Positions 47,766 to 59,318 of a DNA stretch of 64,000 bases are shown here, one piece after another (within the stretch, counting starts at the first letter, position 1; each line of letters opens with the position of its first letter). A model generated the notes under the pieces. That model did no database searches, was not told the origin of the DNA, and was given only the letters and a program-made list of their open reading frames with translations. The DNA comes from Laetmonice hystrix. Taxonomy: Eukaryota. Location of the stretch: assembly GCA_965235115.1 (NCBI GenBank), contig OZ249440.1, positions 7,006,001-7,070,000 on the forward strand, given 5' to 3'. Both the position numbers and the translations under genes were made by a program.

Positions 47766-48969
47766 CCGGGTCTGGATGGCAGTGGGCGGTGGGTGGGAGT
47801 GCAGTCAGAGCCTGCTGGTCTCCTGGCCGGGTCTGGATGGCAGTGGGCGGTGGGTGGGAGTCAGTCAGAGCCTACTGGTCTCCTGGCCGGGTCTGGATGG
47901 CAGTGGGCGGTGGGTGGGAGTCAGTCAGAGCCTGCTGGTCTCCTGGCCGGGTCTGGATGGCAGTGGGCGGTGGGTGGGAGTCAGTGTGAGCCTGCTGGTC
48001 TCCTGGCCGGGTCTGGATGGCAGTGGGCGGTGGGTGGGAGTGGGTGAGAGCCTGCTGGTCTCCTGGCCGGGTCTGGATGGCAGTGGGCGGTGGGTGGGAG
48101 TCAGTGAGAGCCTGCTGGTCTCCTGGCCGGGTCTGGATGGCAGTGGGCGGTGGGTGGGAGTCAGTGAGAGCCTGCTGGTCTCCTGGCCGGGTCTGGATGG
48201 CAGTGGGCGGTGGGTGGGAGTCAGTCAGAGCCTGCTGGTCTCCTGGCCGGGTCTGGATGGCAGTGGGCGGTGGGTGGGAGTCAGTCAGAGCCTGCTGGTC
48301 TCCTGGCCGGGTCTGGATGGCAGTGGGCGGTGGGTGGGAGTCAGCCTGCTGTTCTCCTGGCCGGGTCTGGATGGCAGTGGGCGGTGGGTGGGAGCCAGTG
48401 AGAGCCTGCTGGTCTCCTGGCCGGGTCTGGATGGCAGTGGGCGGTGGGTGGGAGCCAGTGAGAGCCTGCTGGTCTCCTGGCCGGGTCTGGATGGCAGTGG
48501 GCGGTGGGTGGGAGTGCAGTGATAGCCTGCTGGTCTCCTGGCCGGGTCTGGATGGCAGTGGGCGGTGGGTGGGAGTCAGTCAGAGCCTGCTGGTCTCCTG
48601 GCCGGGTCTGGATGGCAGTGGGCGGTGGGTGGGAGTCAGTGAGAGCCTGCTGGTCTCCTGGCCGGGTCTGGATGGCAGTGGGCGGTGGGTGGGAGCCAGT
48701 GAGAGCCTGCTGGTCTCCTGGCCGGGTCTGGATGGCAGTGGGCGGTGGGTGGGAGTGCAGTGATAGCCTGCTGGTCTCCTGGCCGGGTCTGGATGGCAGT
48801 GGGCGGTGGGTGGGAGTCAGTGAGAGCCTGCTGGTCTCCTGGCCGGGTCTGGATGGCAGTGGGCGGTGGGTGGGAGTGCAGTCAGAGCCTGCTGGTCTCC
48901 TGGCCGGGTCTGGATGGCAGTGGGCGGTGGGTGGGAGTGCAGTCAGAGCCTGCTGGTCTCCTGGCCGGG
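47766..48969 (+). repeat. G-rich minisatellite, ~60-bp unit, ~20 copies
   Basis: Unit cctgctggtctcctggccgggtctggatggcagtgggcggtgggtgggag plus a variable linker, usually 10-11 nt. Confidence 0.95.
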
Positions 48970-49253
48970 CCAATATGTCGGTAATCTGGTCCCGCCGAGC
49001 TAATCGTCTACTACAACCCCCTAACTCGGCGTTACTCCCCTACCCACCCTCACCCCAATCCTTCACTCCACTGCCGAGCTGTGAAGGAATGTAGCGTGAT
49101 AAATCTTACAGACGGTAAGCTTCCGTAACGTCTCGATCGAGGTGAGACAGTCTCTTAACAACATCTTCCTCAAATGTAAACGCTAACTTTGTCGGAAAAT
49201 TGTTAAATCGCGGGGATTTTTTTTTTTTTTGGGGGGGGGGAGCATTGTTATAA

Positions 49254-49974
49254 TGGATTACCCCCGCTAGCCCCCCGCCCGCTAGCCCCCCGTTTAGACA
49301 AGGCCGAAGGTATAAGAAATGTGTGCCGGTAGACCCCCGCTCGGCTGTTCCACTCCCTTATACTACCCCCCCACCACCACCACCACCACTGAGGGGGGTC
49401 AGCGACGGGACTTGGTGTCAGCCAAACCTCTATGAAATAGTGGATCTGTTCAGCCAAGAGGAGGCATCCACATCGGTTCATATGCTGCAGATACAGGCAG
49501 GCCAGCCAGCCCCCAAAAGAAGGAAAAAGTATCATAATATTGACTCCCGTTTGCACCAATTATAGGCTTAGACTACATGATATGCCACAGAATGATGGAG
49601 TCCTATATGAAGGCGGTTGGCCATATGATGGGCAATTATACTGATCCTAAGTAAGGCAGACCGTTGTTTGTGTGCACCTTTCGGTGATGTTAATTGAGAA
49701 AAATAAATTCTATATACAGATTCAGTCCTTCCATTTAATTTAGTAACACCCGTAATCAGTCATTGTATTTAGTAACACCCCCAAATTATTTGTTGCTTGG
49801 CTTTTAGTTATCCCTTACCATCCCTGGCCGCTGACCACCCCGACTCATCACGCATGAGGGGGTAGTGTCTGATAGTAGAACAGCCGAGCCGGGGGCTACC
49901 GGCACAGATTTCTCACACCTTCGACCCTGTCTAAACGGGGGGCTAGCGGGCGGGGGGCTAGCGGGATGATACCG
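49254..49974. mobile_element. Non-autonomous DNA transposon with ~100-bp imperfect TIRs, TTATAA at both flanks
   Basis: The left arm ...cccgctagccccccgcccgctagccccccgtttagacaaggccgaaggt...ccggtagacccccgctcggctgttc is the imperfect reverse complement of ~49878-49974. TTATAA lies at 49248-49253 and 49975-49980. Confidence 0.75.
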
Positions 49975-50336
49975 TTATAATCCTCTCAAATTGTCGGACT
50001 AGAATTATTCAGACAACTGTTTGCTTTTTTTCGCAAAACGGATCCTCTTAGATATTACTATAGGCCTACAAATGTATACGTTGTGGCAAAGTCTACATAG
50101 TCTGGTCTGTGGATAGAATGAGGGTCGTGCGATTTGGTATGTATGTGTATTATATAGGTTATGATTGAAAACTTTTCGTCTATTTAATCTTGGGGAATCC
50201 TCCCCTTCACATTCCCTGGCAAAAGTTAGATGGTGAATATATTTCCACATGGCTCAGCAATTTCAAACCTGCGGCGCAGACATGGCGTGTCCCTGTGTCG
50301 GCGCAGTAGCGTCCCAGCCTGGGTTTCGCATTCATT

Positions 50337-50423
50337 TGGCCCCCTAGCGGCAGCAGCGGGACGTTTACTGCGGTCGTCATCAACGGCACATTAACGGGCA
50401 GCAGCGGCCCCGCTAGAGGGCGT
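50337..50423. promoter_or_regulatory. Divergent pair of CTCF-like motifs (CCGCTAGGGGGCCA on -, CCGCTAGAGGGCGT on +)
   Basis: Two core-like matches ~60 bp apart in opposite orientation; motif evidence only. Confidence 0.5.
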
Positions 50424-53400
50424 CCTATAATCGCCACCACATGATGGCGCTGTGTCAGGGTCGCGGAGTTACGAAAACCTCCCTACCTTTGTTAACTTCA
50501 AACCCGCTAATTCTGACAGAGAAATAGGTAGAAATCCCTTGGTAATTCTTGTGGTTGCCTTATAATGAAATGGTATATTAAGGTTTAGGCCAATTATTAT
50601 GGCTGCTATATCAATACCTGTACTTCAAAGAGCAGTAGTGGATCTATGAAAATGTTAGGTCATTACTGACTATTGGGGTTCTGTCCTTTGATGTGAAAGT
50701 ATTTTAGCATCAACGTTAAAGGTGGATGTATGGGGTTATAGCATTGAATCACTGTCCAGAGTTGTGTAGGGTAGAAGTTGTAGAGAAATGTGATCCTCCG
50801 TAAGGAGATGCTACACATTAAACCGAATTTAACCCGAATTCCACACTACTGATATTTCAACTAAAACTAGACTTGGGGGTCGATATTTATATTGGATGGG
50901 CACATGATGAAGAATGGTGGTTGAGAGGAAGGAAAACGCTCGATGAAACCTCTGCTCTCTGACGACTATTAGATAATTTCTATGTCATTGTGTAGTTTGA
51001 GAATCGACATTATTTGTGTAGGACAAGTCTGTTGTGTCGGTATGTATTGGAGAGCTCCTACGATCGTCACTTACTCAGGCAGTGGTGTCATTTTGCCGTC
51101 GGGGGTTTTACTTGGTGGGTGGATAGTTGGGTGGGTTCGAGAATAACCACTCGATCCGACCATGTATGAGCTGTACGTAGATGGAGGGGGGTCTATTGCT
51201 GCCCGCGGGTCAGGATCCATACTAGCGTCTGTGGCGGCACGCCTCAGATCCTCTTTGATCTCGACCGCCGGGATCGTAATGAGATGATGAGCAAGATCGA
51301 CATTGACGTCTCATGCAAGCAGGGCACCTCGTATAATTGACGGTTACGTCGATTCCAATTATTTTTATTGGTATTTCTTCTCTTCAAAATGTCGCCTTAT
51401 CTAGTCGACAAGACCCAATTAAGTACACTTAATATCTTGTGCGGCGCGATTAATTTGATTCTTTGATAATACGTAGAACCCATACAGATATCTGTAGCTC
51501 TACTGGTTCAATTATCAAAACAAATACAATTAATGTTTTCTTTCATTCAGACTGCACGACGCTCATTTCTGAGTATTATTCTGCCTAAGTGCCCAACGCC
51601 CTATCAATAATCGATTATGATTTCCCAATTGGACGCTGTCTGAGCAGGCCGCTCTGATAAATTGGCGAGTTTTGATGTTGTCGTTACGAAAATGATCCTG
51701 ATCCAATTGAGCTAACGGAGATGCTTTGGCGAATAGCGATAGGTGTTCCGCCATTTATCTCATTGATGTATCATTCCACCCCTCTTCATCAAGACAAATC
51801 ATTGCCGACGGCGTTCGCAGAAACATCCCATTCAACTGTCAACCATATGACCCCGTACCGCTAACAACCATCGCCAGCACCAAGCCTCCAAGAAACCCAA
51901 TTTATCCCGAGGTTGGGCGTACATTTCATTCAATTTGGCCGAGAGAGATTGAAAAATAACTGCGTTATCAGCCATAGCAGACGACACCCTCGAACGCGGG
52001 ATTCCTCAATTGATCCCGGGCGCTCTGGGAGTTGGCCGCGCAGTCAGGCGTGATTCTCGTACATTCACGCACATGACCAACATACGACCTGTCGCTGCTA
52101 AATGTCGGCTGTGGCCGTCGTGGAATTATTCAGCGTCGACAATGTGGCTGCCTTCCCCTCTCCGCACCCGATAACCAGCCGCATCAGGTCTTCGTTACCG
52201 CTTGTTCAAATAGGACTAAAGAAGTTAGCCGGCTCGAACGTTGCGGCTTACTCAAACAAGTGGCGCGGGCTTGACGGGCACAACTTGGGTGCAATTGGCC
52301 GCTGGACTGCCTCGCTCGTTCGGCGTGTAATTGCGCGTGTAAAAACCCCCTTGTGAAATGATGATGAATCGGGAGCACAGGGTCTGAACGTGCCATCATC
52401 TAATTGAATTCTCGGCCACGTCTCTGGTCGGGGAGACGGGCTGGTTGTGGCAGTCCAAGCCGAGGCCCGACTGCTTCCACCAATCGTAGGTAATCCCCAG
52501 ACCGAGGCTGACGAACGTGGTCACATCAAACAGTCGCTAAGTACCTCGTCTTGATCTCCTAGCCCAGTGCAGCCCCCACCCCACCCCCCACCCCCACCCC
52601 CCACCCCCTCGCCGGGAGGAAACGTATTGGCCCTATCGACACTGCTCAGTCTATGAGCCCTCGCCCTGGCCTGAGTTGGTGATGCCGCCAGTCCTATCAC
52701 TCTCAGGGAGAATTGACCATGTCATTGATCAGGGATTATAGTTAGTGTGTATATTCTTGGTATTGATTACGGCTAAATCACAAGGTTATGTAGAGTTGTC
52801 TAATGGTCATGTTGTTATAAACTTCCTTCTGTGTGTAAACATTTAAACACTTAATCCTATACGAGCAAGCCATCTGACGTTCAAAACCTGCGCCTCAGTA
52901 ATCAGGGAGAGACATGCACTTTTCTCAATGCCTTCTTGCTGTCATCACATTTGAGGCCATATGCCAACATTGATCATGATATCTGTATGCCAGGGAGGAG
53001 CACATGTAAACAGGCAGAGTGGGTACGTTTCGAAACATGTGATGGCCTCTTAATTGCCATGTATAGTTTGAAATGAAGACTATAGAGAATTGCGTTTGGC
53101 CAGAGCTCATTTTGGGTTGGTCGGATCGTCATGCGACACATTCCAGGCGACAGAGTACAGCGTCTCCTTCATCATCCGGGGACTAAAACAGACGCGTGTT
53201 TACTTTTCAGCACTGGTGGACAGGCATTCACTCTCTGGGGTCCTCTTGTGCCATGTGGCCAGGTCAATGTAGTCACCCCGTCACAAGAATCAGTGGTCAC
53301 GACCCTTCACAGCAATCGATTGGGCCAACATTTCCCTGTCCAGAGTAATGTCAGGTCTGCCCCGACTCAGTACACCGTCCTTAAACCCAAGATAAAAACC

Positions 53401-53614
53401 AGCCATGCCAGCAACACATCGGAGGGCAAATTAGGTTAATAGGCCGGGCGATGATTCAGACTGTTTACAAAAACCAAGACGCCAAGTGACGCCAAGTGAC
53501 GCCAGTAGCGAACCTAACTGGGCGCCTACAATAACCGACACGGGTTGGTTATTATCACAACATGTGTTCGGCCTCCGACCTCTATATGGCTTTATTATTT
53601 TTCTCCCGGGAACC

Positions 53615-54118
53615 GATATGTTTATTGTACGATGAACAGAGAGATATGTTTATTGTACGATGAACAGAGAGATATGTTTATTGTACGATGAACAGAGAGA
53701 TATGTTTATTGTACGATGACCAGAGAGATATGTTTATTGTACGATGAACAGAGATATGTTTATTGTACGATGAACAGAGAGATATGTTTATTGTACGATG
53801 AACAGAGAGATATGTTTATTGTACGATGAACAGAGAGATATGTTTATTGTACGATGAACAGAGAGATATGTTTATTGTACGATGAACAGAGAGATATGTT
53901 TATTGTACGATGAACAGAGAGATATGTTTATTGTACGATGAACAGAGAGATATGTTTATTGTACGATGAACAGAGAGATATGTTTATTGTACGATGAACA
54001 GAGAGATATGTTTATTGTACGATGAACAGAGAGATATGTTTATTGTACGATGAACAGAGAGATATGTTTATTGTACGATGAACAGAGAGATATGTTTATT
54101 GTACGATGAACAGAGAGA
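53615..54118 (+). repeat. Minisatellite, 28-bp unit, ~18 near-identical copies
   Basis: Unit gatatgtttattgtacgatgaacagaga. Confidence 0.95.
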
Positions 54119-56114
54119 GGACGATAACAAATTGGATAGCCCGGAAATATCGCACCATTCTAACATAACCTTCTCACCGAATATATTCTTTCGGTATTTC
54201 CTATCTCGAAGAGACCTATATAACCCACATACAATATGTAATATGAAACGGTTATTGTGGGCATTTACTGCACTGTACAATGACAGGTATGAACACGAAG
54301 GCAGGAAGTGATCAGCAAGCTCTGTTTCTTCTTGACAATATTAATAGAACAAGGCATCAAATGGGAAACAGTTGCACATTATGTCAACTAGAGCAGTGGA
54401 CAAAATGTGCAATGTTTCTATATTTCTATATGTTCTAAATGAGCTTGATTGCAAGTTAACCTCTAGCATCTCGATGTATATATAGCAAGTTTAATACATA
54501 CAACCAACGATACAGCAAAACATGGAGTAATAAAATAGCGACGATTCCGTATATAACTCTTCTGGTTGTAAAAGAATTGGCACTACAGTTTCATTATTAC
54601 GCAATTTAAACGTTAAGTAAGTTTTTTTTTGCTGATCATAATAGGATTTCTGACTTCTAGAATTTAACGCGTTACTTTGTTTACAGTTATATTCAATGTG
54701 TTCAGAACAATTCATCAGTGCAGTTAATTTGTAGACAAGTAAGTATAACATATTTTCCACATAATTTATTATGTGCATACTAATATGACGCAGTCTTATA
54801 ACATCCTGTAGAGTCTAAGTGACCCTTCACTGAGTCCTACACAAAAATATGAATAACGTTAAGAGATAGCAGATGGTATGCATGGATTTCCCGTAATAGT
54901 AATCCGCGATGGCCGTAAAGATTTAAACAAGGCGATATGAATAGTATGCAGGTGTGCGCCGGATTCAGTCTTATAGGTAATAGCCCACTCCTTCTAAAAC
55001 AACGTTTGTGATGAAGCACTCTCGTCTTAAAAGCCTATCATTATTCTTCATATATTTTTTATAGTGCATCTTCAGCTGCGGTTTTTTGTAAGCTACACGT
55101 CTTTATGTAGACACTGAGTCCCTGAATTATGTTTGAAATTCCTGGGGTATATATACTGCCGCTTGCAGTGCCTGCCCGTGGGCCGTTATCATGGTCTTAC
55201 GTCGATTGAAGACCAATTTACTCTCGGGTTGATGTCAGTCCGCCAAGAATAGGCCCGCAGTCAAGATTCGCTGCGCTCCTAATGGCGTTTTCTCGTGGTG
55301 AAAACGTGCTCAAATTGATAACCTCCTCCTCTCACTGCGTCGCCTCCCGACCCGTTACTACGCTCCATGACTTGTTGGGCCAGCGCTTATTTCTACCATT
55401 TCCACCAGGCGCACGAAGCGGCCACTGCTGGCTACCCGTACCATCAATTATAACCGCTTGTATTGATCCGCCAGTTTTAACTCTGACCGATAATTTCCCT
55501 TAAGTGCGTGTTATTCGCGTGGAAATGGCGAGCACGGCGTCTCGAGTGTGACACACGCTGATCTATAGTCGGCTCGCAGATCGTCATTAAGAACTCGGTG
55601 TGCATCTAATAACATGGCCCGCCTACGGCTTAGTCTTAATAAGGCAAGGCCCCCGAGACTGCCACCAAACTTGGAATCACGGAAGTGGCCGCCCCACGCA
55701 GGGAACAGACAACCGTATCAAATGGCGGCTTGACCTCAAACAGGGCCTCAAGGAATGAATACCTCAGTGGCAGCAATTCTTGGACAAAGAAACCATACCG
55801 ACAATCAAGGCCTACTTTTGTAATCTCATTTACCTGTTTTATTAAATGACGAGTATAAATGACCAGAACCGACGCGTAGATGATGGTGATAGTTATTACC
55901 ATAAAGACAAAATTAACTTGATGCGGTCACTTTAATTTAACAATGGTTCCTGATGAAAACGGCACTTTTCGTAAACTACTTACGAGTTCAGCCGCACGGG
56001 CAGAGCTCACTGCTGCAGTCAGTGGTTCCGGTACGAGAGTCAGCCAAACGCTCTCGTAACGCTGGGGGTTAACACAAAAATACAAGGACTACTTAGTCAA
56101 AACTCCCCCCCCCC

Positions 56115-56157
56115 CTGTCTGTCTGTCTGTCTCCCTCTCTGCCTCTCTGTATCTGTC

Positions 56158-56228
<71 letters not shown>
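56115..56228 (+). repeat. (CTGT)/(CT)n microsatellite
   Basis: Direct inspection. Confidence 0.95.
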
Positions 56229-56230
<2 letters not shown>

Positions 56231-59200
56231 AGAAACAATTCCTTTAGCAGTCTCGTTGACTTCCGGCTCATATTAAAATCTCCTCATCGTGGGCGATCTA
56301 TAACAACAAATGAGACATTGCTTGGTGTGGGTGTGTAAACGGGATCACATGGTGTGGGTGTGTAAACGGGATCACATGTAGATGTACACATGTTTGTGTT
56401 TTATGTGTTCCTATAAACTATCCGAGAGCTTGGTGCTATAGAATCTGCTCTTTATATTATAAGTCATATGACCTTGGCTTTCGATTGATTCTTTGATGTA
56501 TTAATTGTATTGTAATACATTATTCAGGGCTATTTGAGTGTATTCATGTATTTTCATGTCTATAAGTTCACCCGGCCGACCCACAACTTTTAATTTTTGG
56601 GCAATATTATGCAGAGATACGACCACGCCCCCTTGTAGTCTCATGACTATAGAAATATTGAGTGCCAAATTAAGTTGCCCCATTTTACTTGCACCAGCGC
56701 GTGATAAAGAAGAGAGTAGTTGATGAAAAATCAAAACACTAATGGTATATCAATTTCGTGCCATTTCAGCTGGCACGATTAATATTTTCTAATTAATATC
56801 GACGACTGTTTATTGCAGACGAAGGATTGATTTAAAAGAGCAAGTTACAGCTATACTGACAATACCACAGGCAGACCTTTCATCGGCTCTGCGCATATGA
56901 ACGCAACGCATTTCTCTTTTTTTGGCCCATCACTCAACGTAGTACGCAGCATCCACAGAAACTAATTCCTCAATTAATCAACTATAATTGTTCTATCACG
57001 AAGACTATTAACAGATTTGTCTAATTGCGTAATGTGTATCGATCCTGGAGAAATATTGAAATCATTGCACGTTATTAAATGAAATTTCGTGCTGAAAGAA
57101 AAAATAGCAGGGTGAAATAACAGCTCCTTGCAGAATATACTGAAGCAAAATATCACTTTCAGGCTAGCTTAGTCAGCCTCCACATCTTTGTGAATCTCTG
57201 TTGGATAAGAAAGGACATCTAAGAACATGACTCAAAGGGAGCGCAAAGAACGCGTGTCCTTTTCACTGACGCGGGCGCTGTCGATTGTCGGCTGCCTCGC
57301 GGTAAAATGGAAGACCAATTGGCGGGAAGGCCGTCAATATGGCCTCCGGCTACAGGTGCGTCTTGCCTACCGTTATTGGTTTTGAAATTGATCCGCTTCT
57401 GAGAGGACGGACGACTATTAGTTTTGTCCACTAATGAAAAGTTTGAGGTTCATTTTCAATGACAGACGCGGCCCACTATGCCGAAGGATGACTACGCTAA
57501 GGCTGTGACTAGTCGGCGCTCTCAGTCAGGGAGGCCATCATTGAACGTTTGAACATCGAACGTTCTCTTCAATTGCTCGCTGAGCGCACATCGCTAAAGG
57601 AGCGATTTAAATGCGTCTTTTGTGTCAAGGTTTTCGCCTGCGTGGTTTTGCGGGATGATTAAAGCTATGATAGGTGTTATTTGGAAACGCAAACGGGTGA
57701 TTGTCTGCTGTGCTCTAAATGGATAATAGCTTGGAAGTAGAGGCAAATGAGAGAAGCAGTGGTGGAGAGAATGAGGGGATGGGCCGGCGTTCGTGAGAAC
57801 AAAGACAAAGACAAAACAAACACAATAGATGTGGGAGGCTTATTTATGCCGTAATGGTTTGGAATGATGGTTGTAAAGATCGTGATGACAAGTAAGATCG
57901 TAATTGTGGTGGCCAACACAAAAGGAATGAAACCACTGTGGCGTTAATCTTTGCTCTGCCTTACACTGGCCATTTAATTGTTACGATCCAATGCTAACAC
58001 TACCACACGATATCCCCTAGTGCTTTTTTATATCTCGATAGATTCCATCTTCACACACAGCCAACCTTCCGTAAAATTAGGTAAAGCTATGTGACTGTTA
58101 GTGTTTGGATGAGTTTGTTGCGCATTTGAACGCTGGTTTATTTTGTCAACGTTATTAAAATGCAATTACATTTAAAGGTCCATGTCTTAGCTATGCTCCT
58201 TTTAAGGGTTAGCTTCAAATAATGCATGTTGTTTAACATTCATTTTAGCTATTGATAGCTAGAGACAATCCCTTTTATCTCTGTAAGGTGATAAGGTGAA
58301 CTACACCACGTGAGCGATAATACAAGGATTCGTACTGCTGAAGGCATGGTTGTCTCTCTCTTGACACATGGGTGCATTCATGTGGATATAGTGATCGAGT
58401 TTGAAGTCTACTGTCGACTGCAGATGACCATGCCTTTCGATGCCGGGTGCTATGAACTCTTGCTTCAGATCTCCAGGTCGATACGTTCTCAAACAGCTGG
58501 CATTGTGAGCAGAAAAATACGAATCAGCAAGTAACACAGTAAACGATGCAGAATGCTGATAAGCTCTCGATAATTTAAGTATTTAATCGATTGATGTGGA
58601 ACCTGTCTTCATCGTGAATGTTTAAATGGATATTAAAGGACTTCAGCAAATCGTTCATATGAATAGCTCAAAACGTTTACCAGTCGTGATACTGATGAAA
58701 TTATTTGTAGCTTCAGCACTGAACTCCCCACAAAAGAGGCGTATACGTTAGCGAAAACAGATTTGATGAATGAATATTTGACTGTCATTCCCAACAAACC
58801 GCATGCCCTATCTGCGAGCAGCCCGCTTGTTTCCGGGCAAAGCGTTAATCTTAGATAATTATGATAGCAGGAACCACTGCATACTGTGTTAGCAGATGAA
58901 CCTAGCCACTTTGGGTTAAGATGTTAGTTGGCATTAACTTCTATCAGTCCACGTTATCACGGTGGTCCCACTCAATATCAGAAGTTTGCCACTCAAATCG
59001 TAATGACATCAAATCAAGGCAGCAAGTCGTCTGCTATGATTCACTGCTGCGATTGGTGGATAATTGTAATTGGTAAACCGCCACAAAGCTGCCATGACAT
59101 GCGGATATTATGGTTGGCTGTCTGACTGCTCCCTAAGTTTTTCACTGCCAAGCGTGAGCGTCTTGTTTGTTCTGTGGTCCTTGTCTGACCTAGCTTATGA

Positions 59201-59304
59201 TATCTTAGCGTTCCGCAAGGCTTCCGGCGTGCCCGCTAGCCCGGATGTGTGCCTTAACGTTGGCTGTCTTACGATCCTAAATGCACCTATCACATTGAAT
59301 CTTA

Positions 59305-59318
59305 CCACCAGAGGGAGC
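59305..59318 (+). promoter_or_regulatory. CTCF-like motif CCACCAGAGGGAGC
   Basis: Identical 14-mer to the site at 21338; motif evidence only. Confidence 0.5.

Noticed and set aside
47715-49094. ORFs up to 259 aa, and a repeat-plus-variable-linker layout resembling CRISPR
   Set aside because: The 60-bp unit is stop-free in some frames. The linkers are only ~4-11 nt and are variants of each other, there are no cas genes, and the context is eukaryotic.
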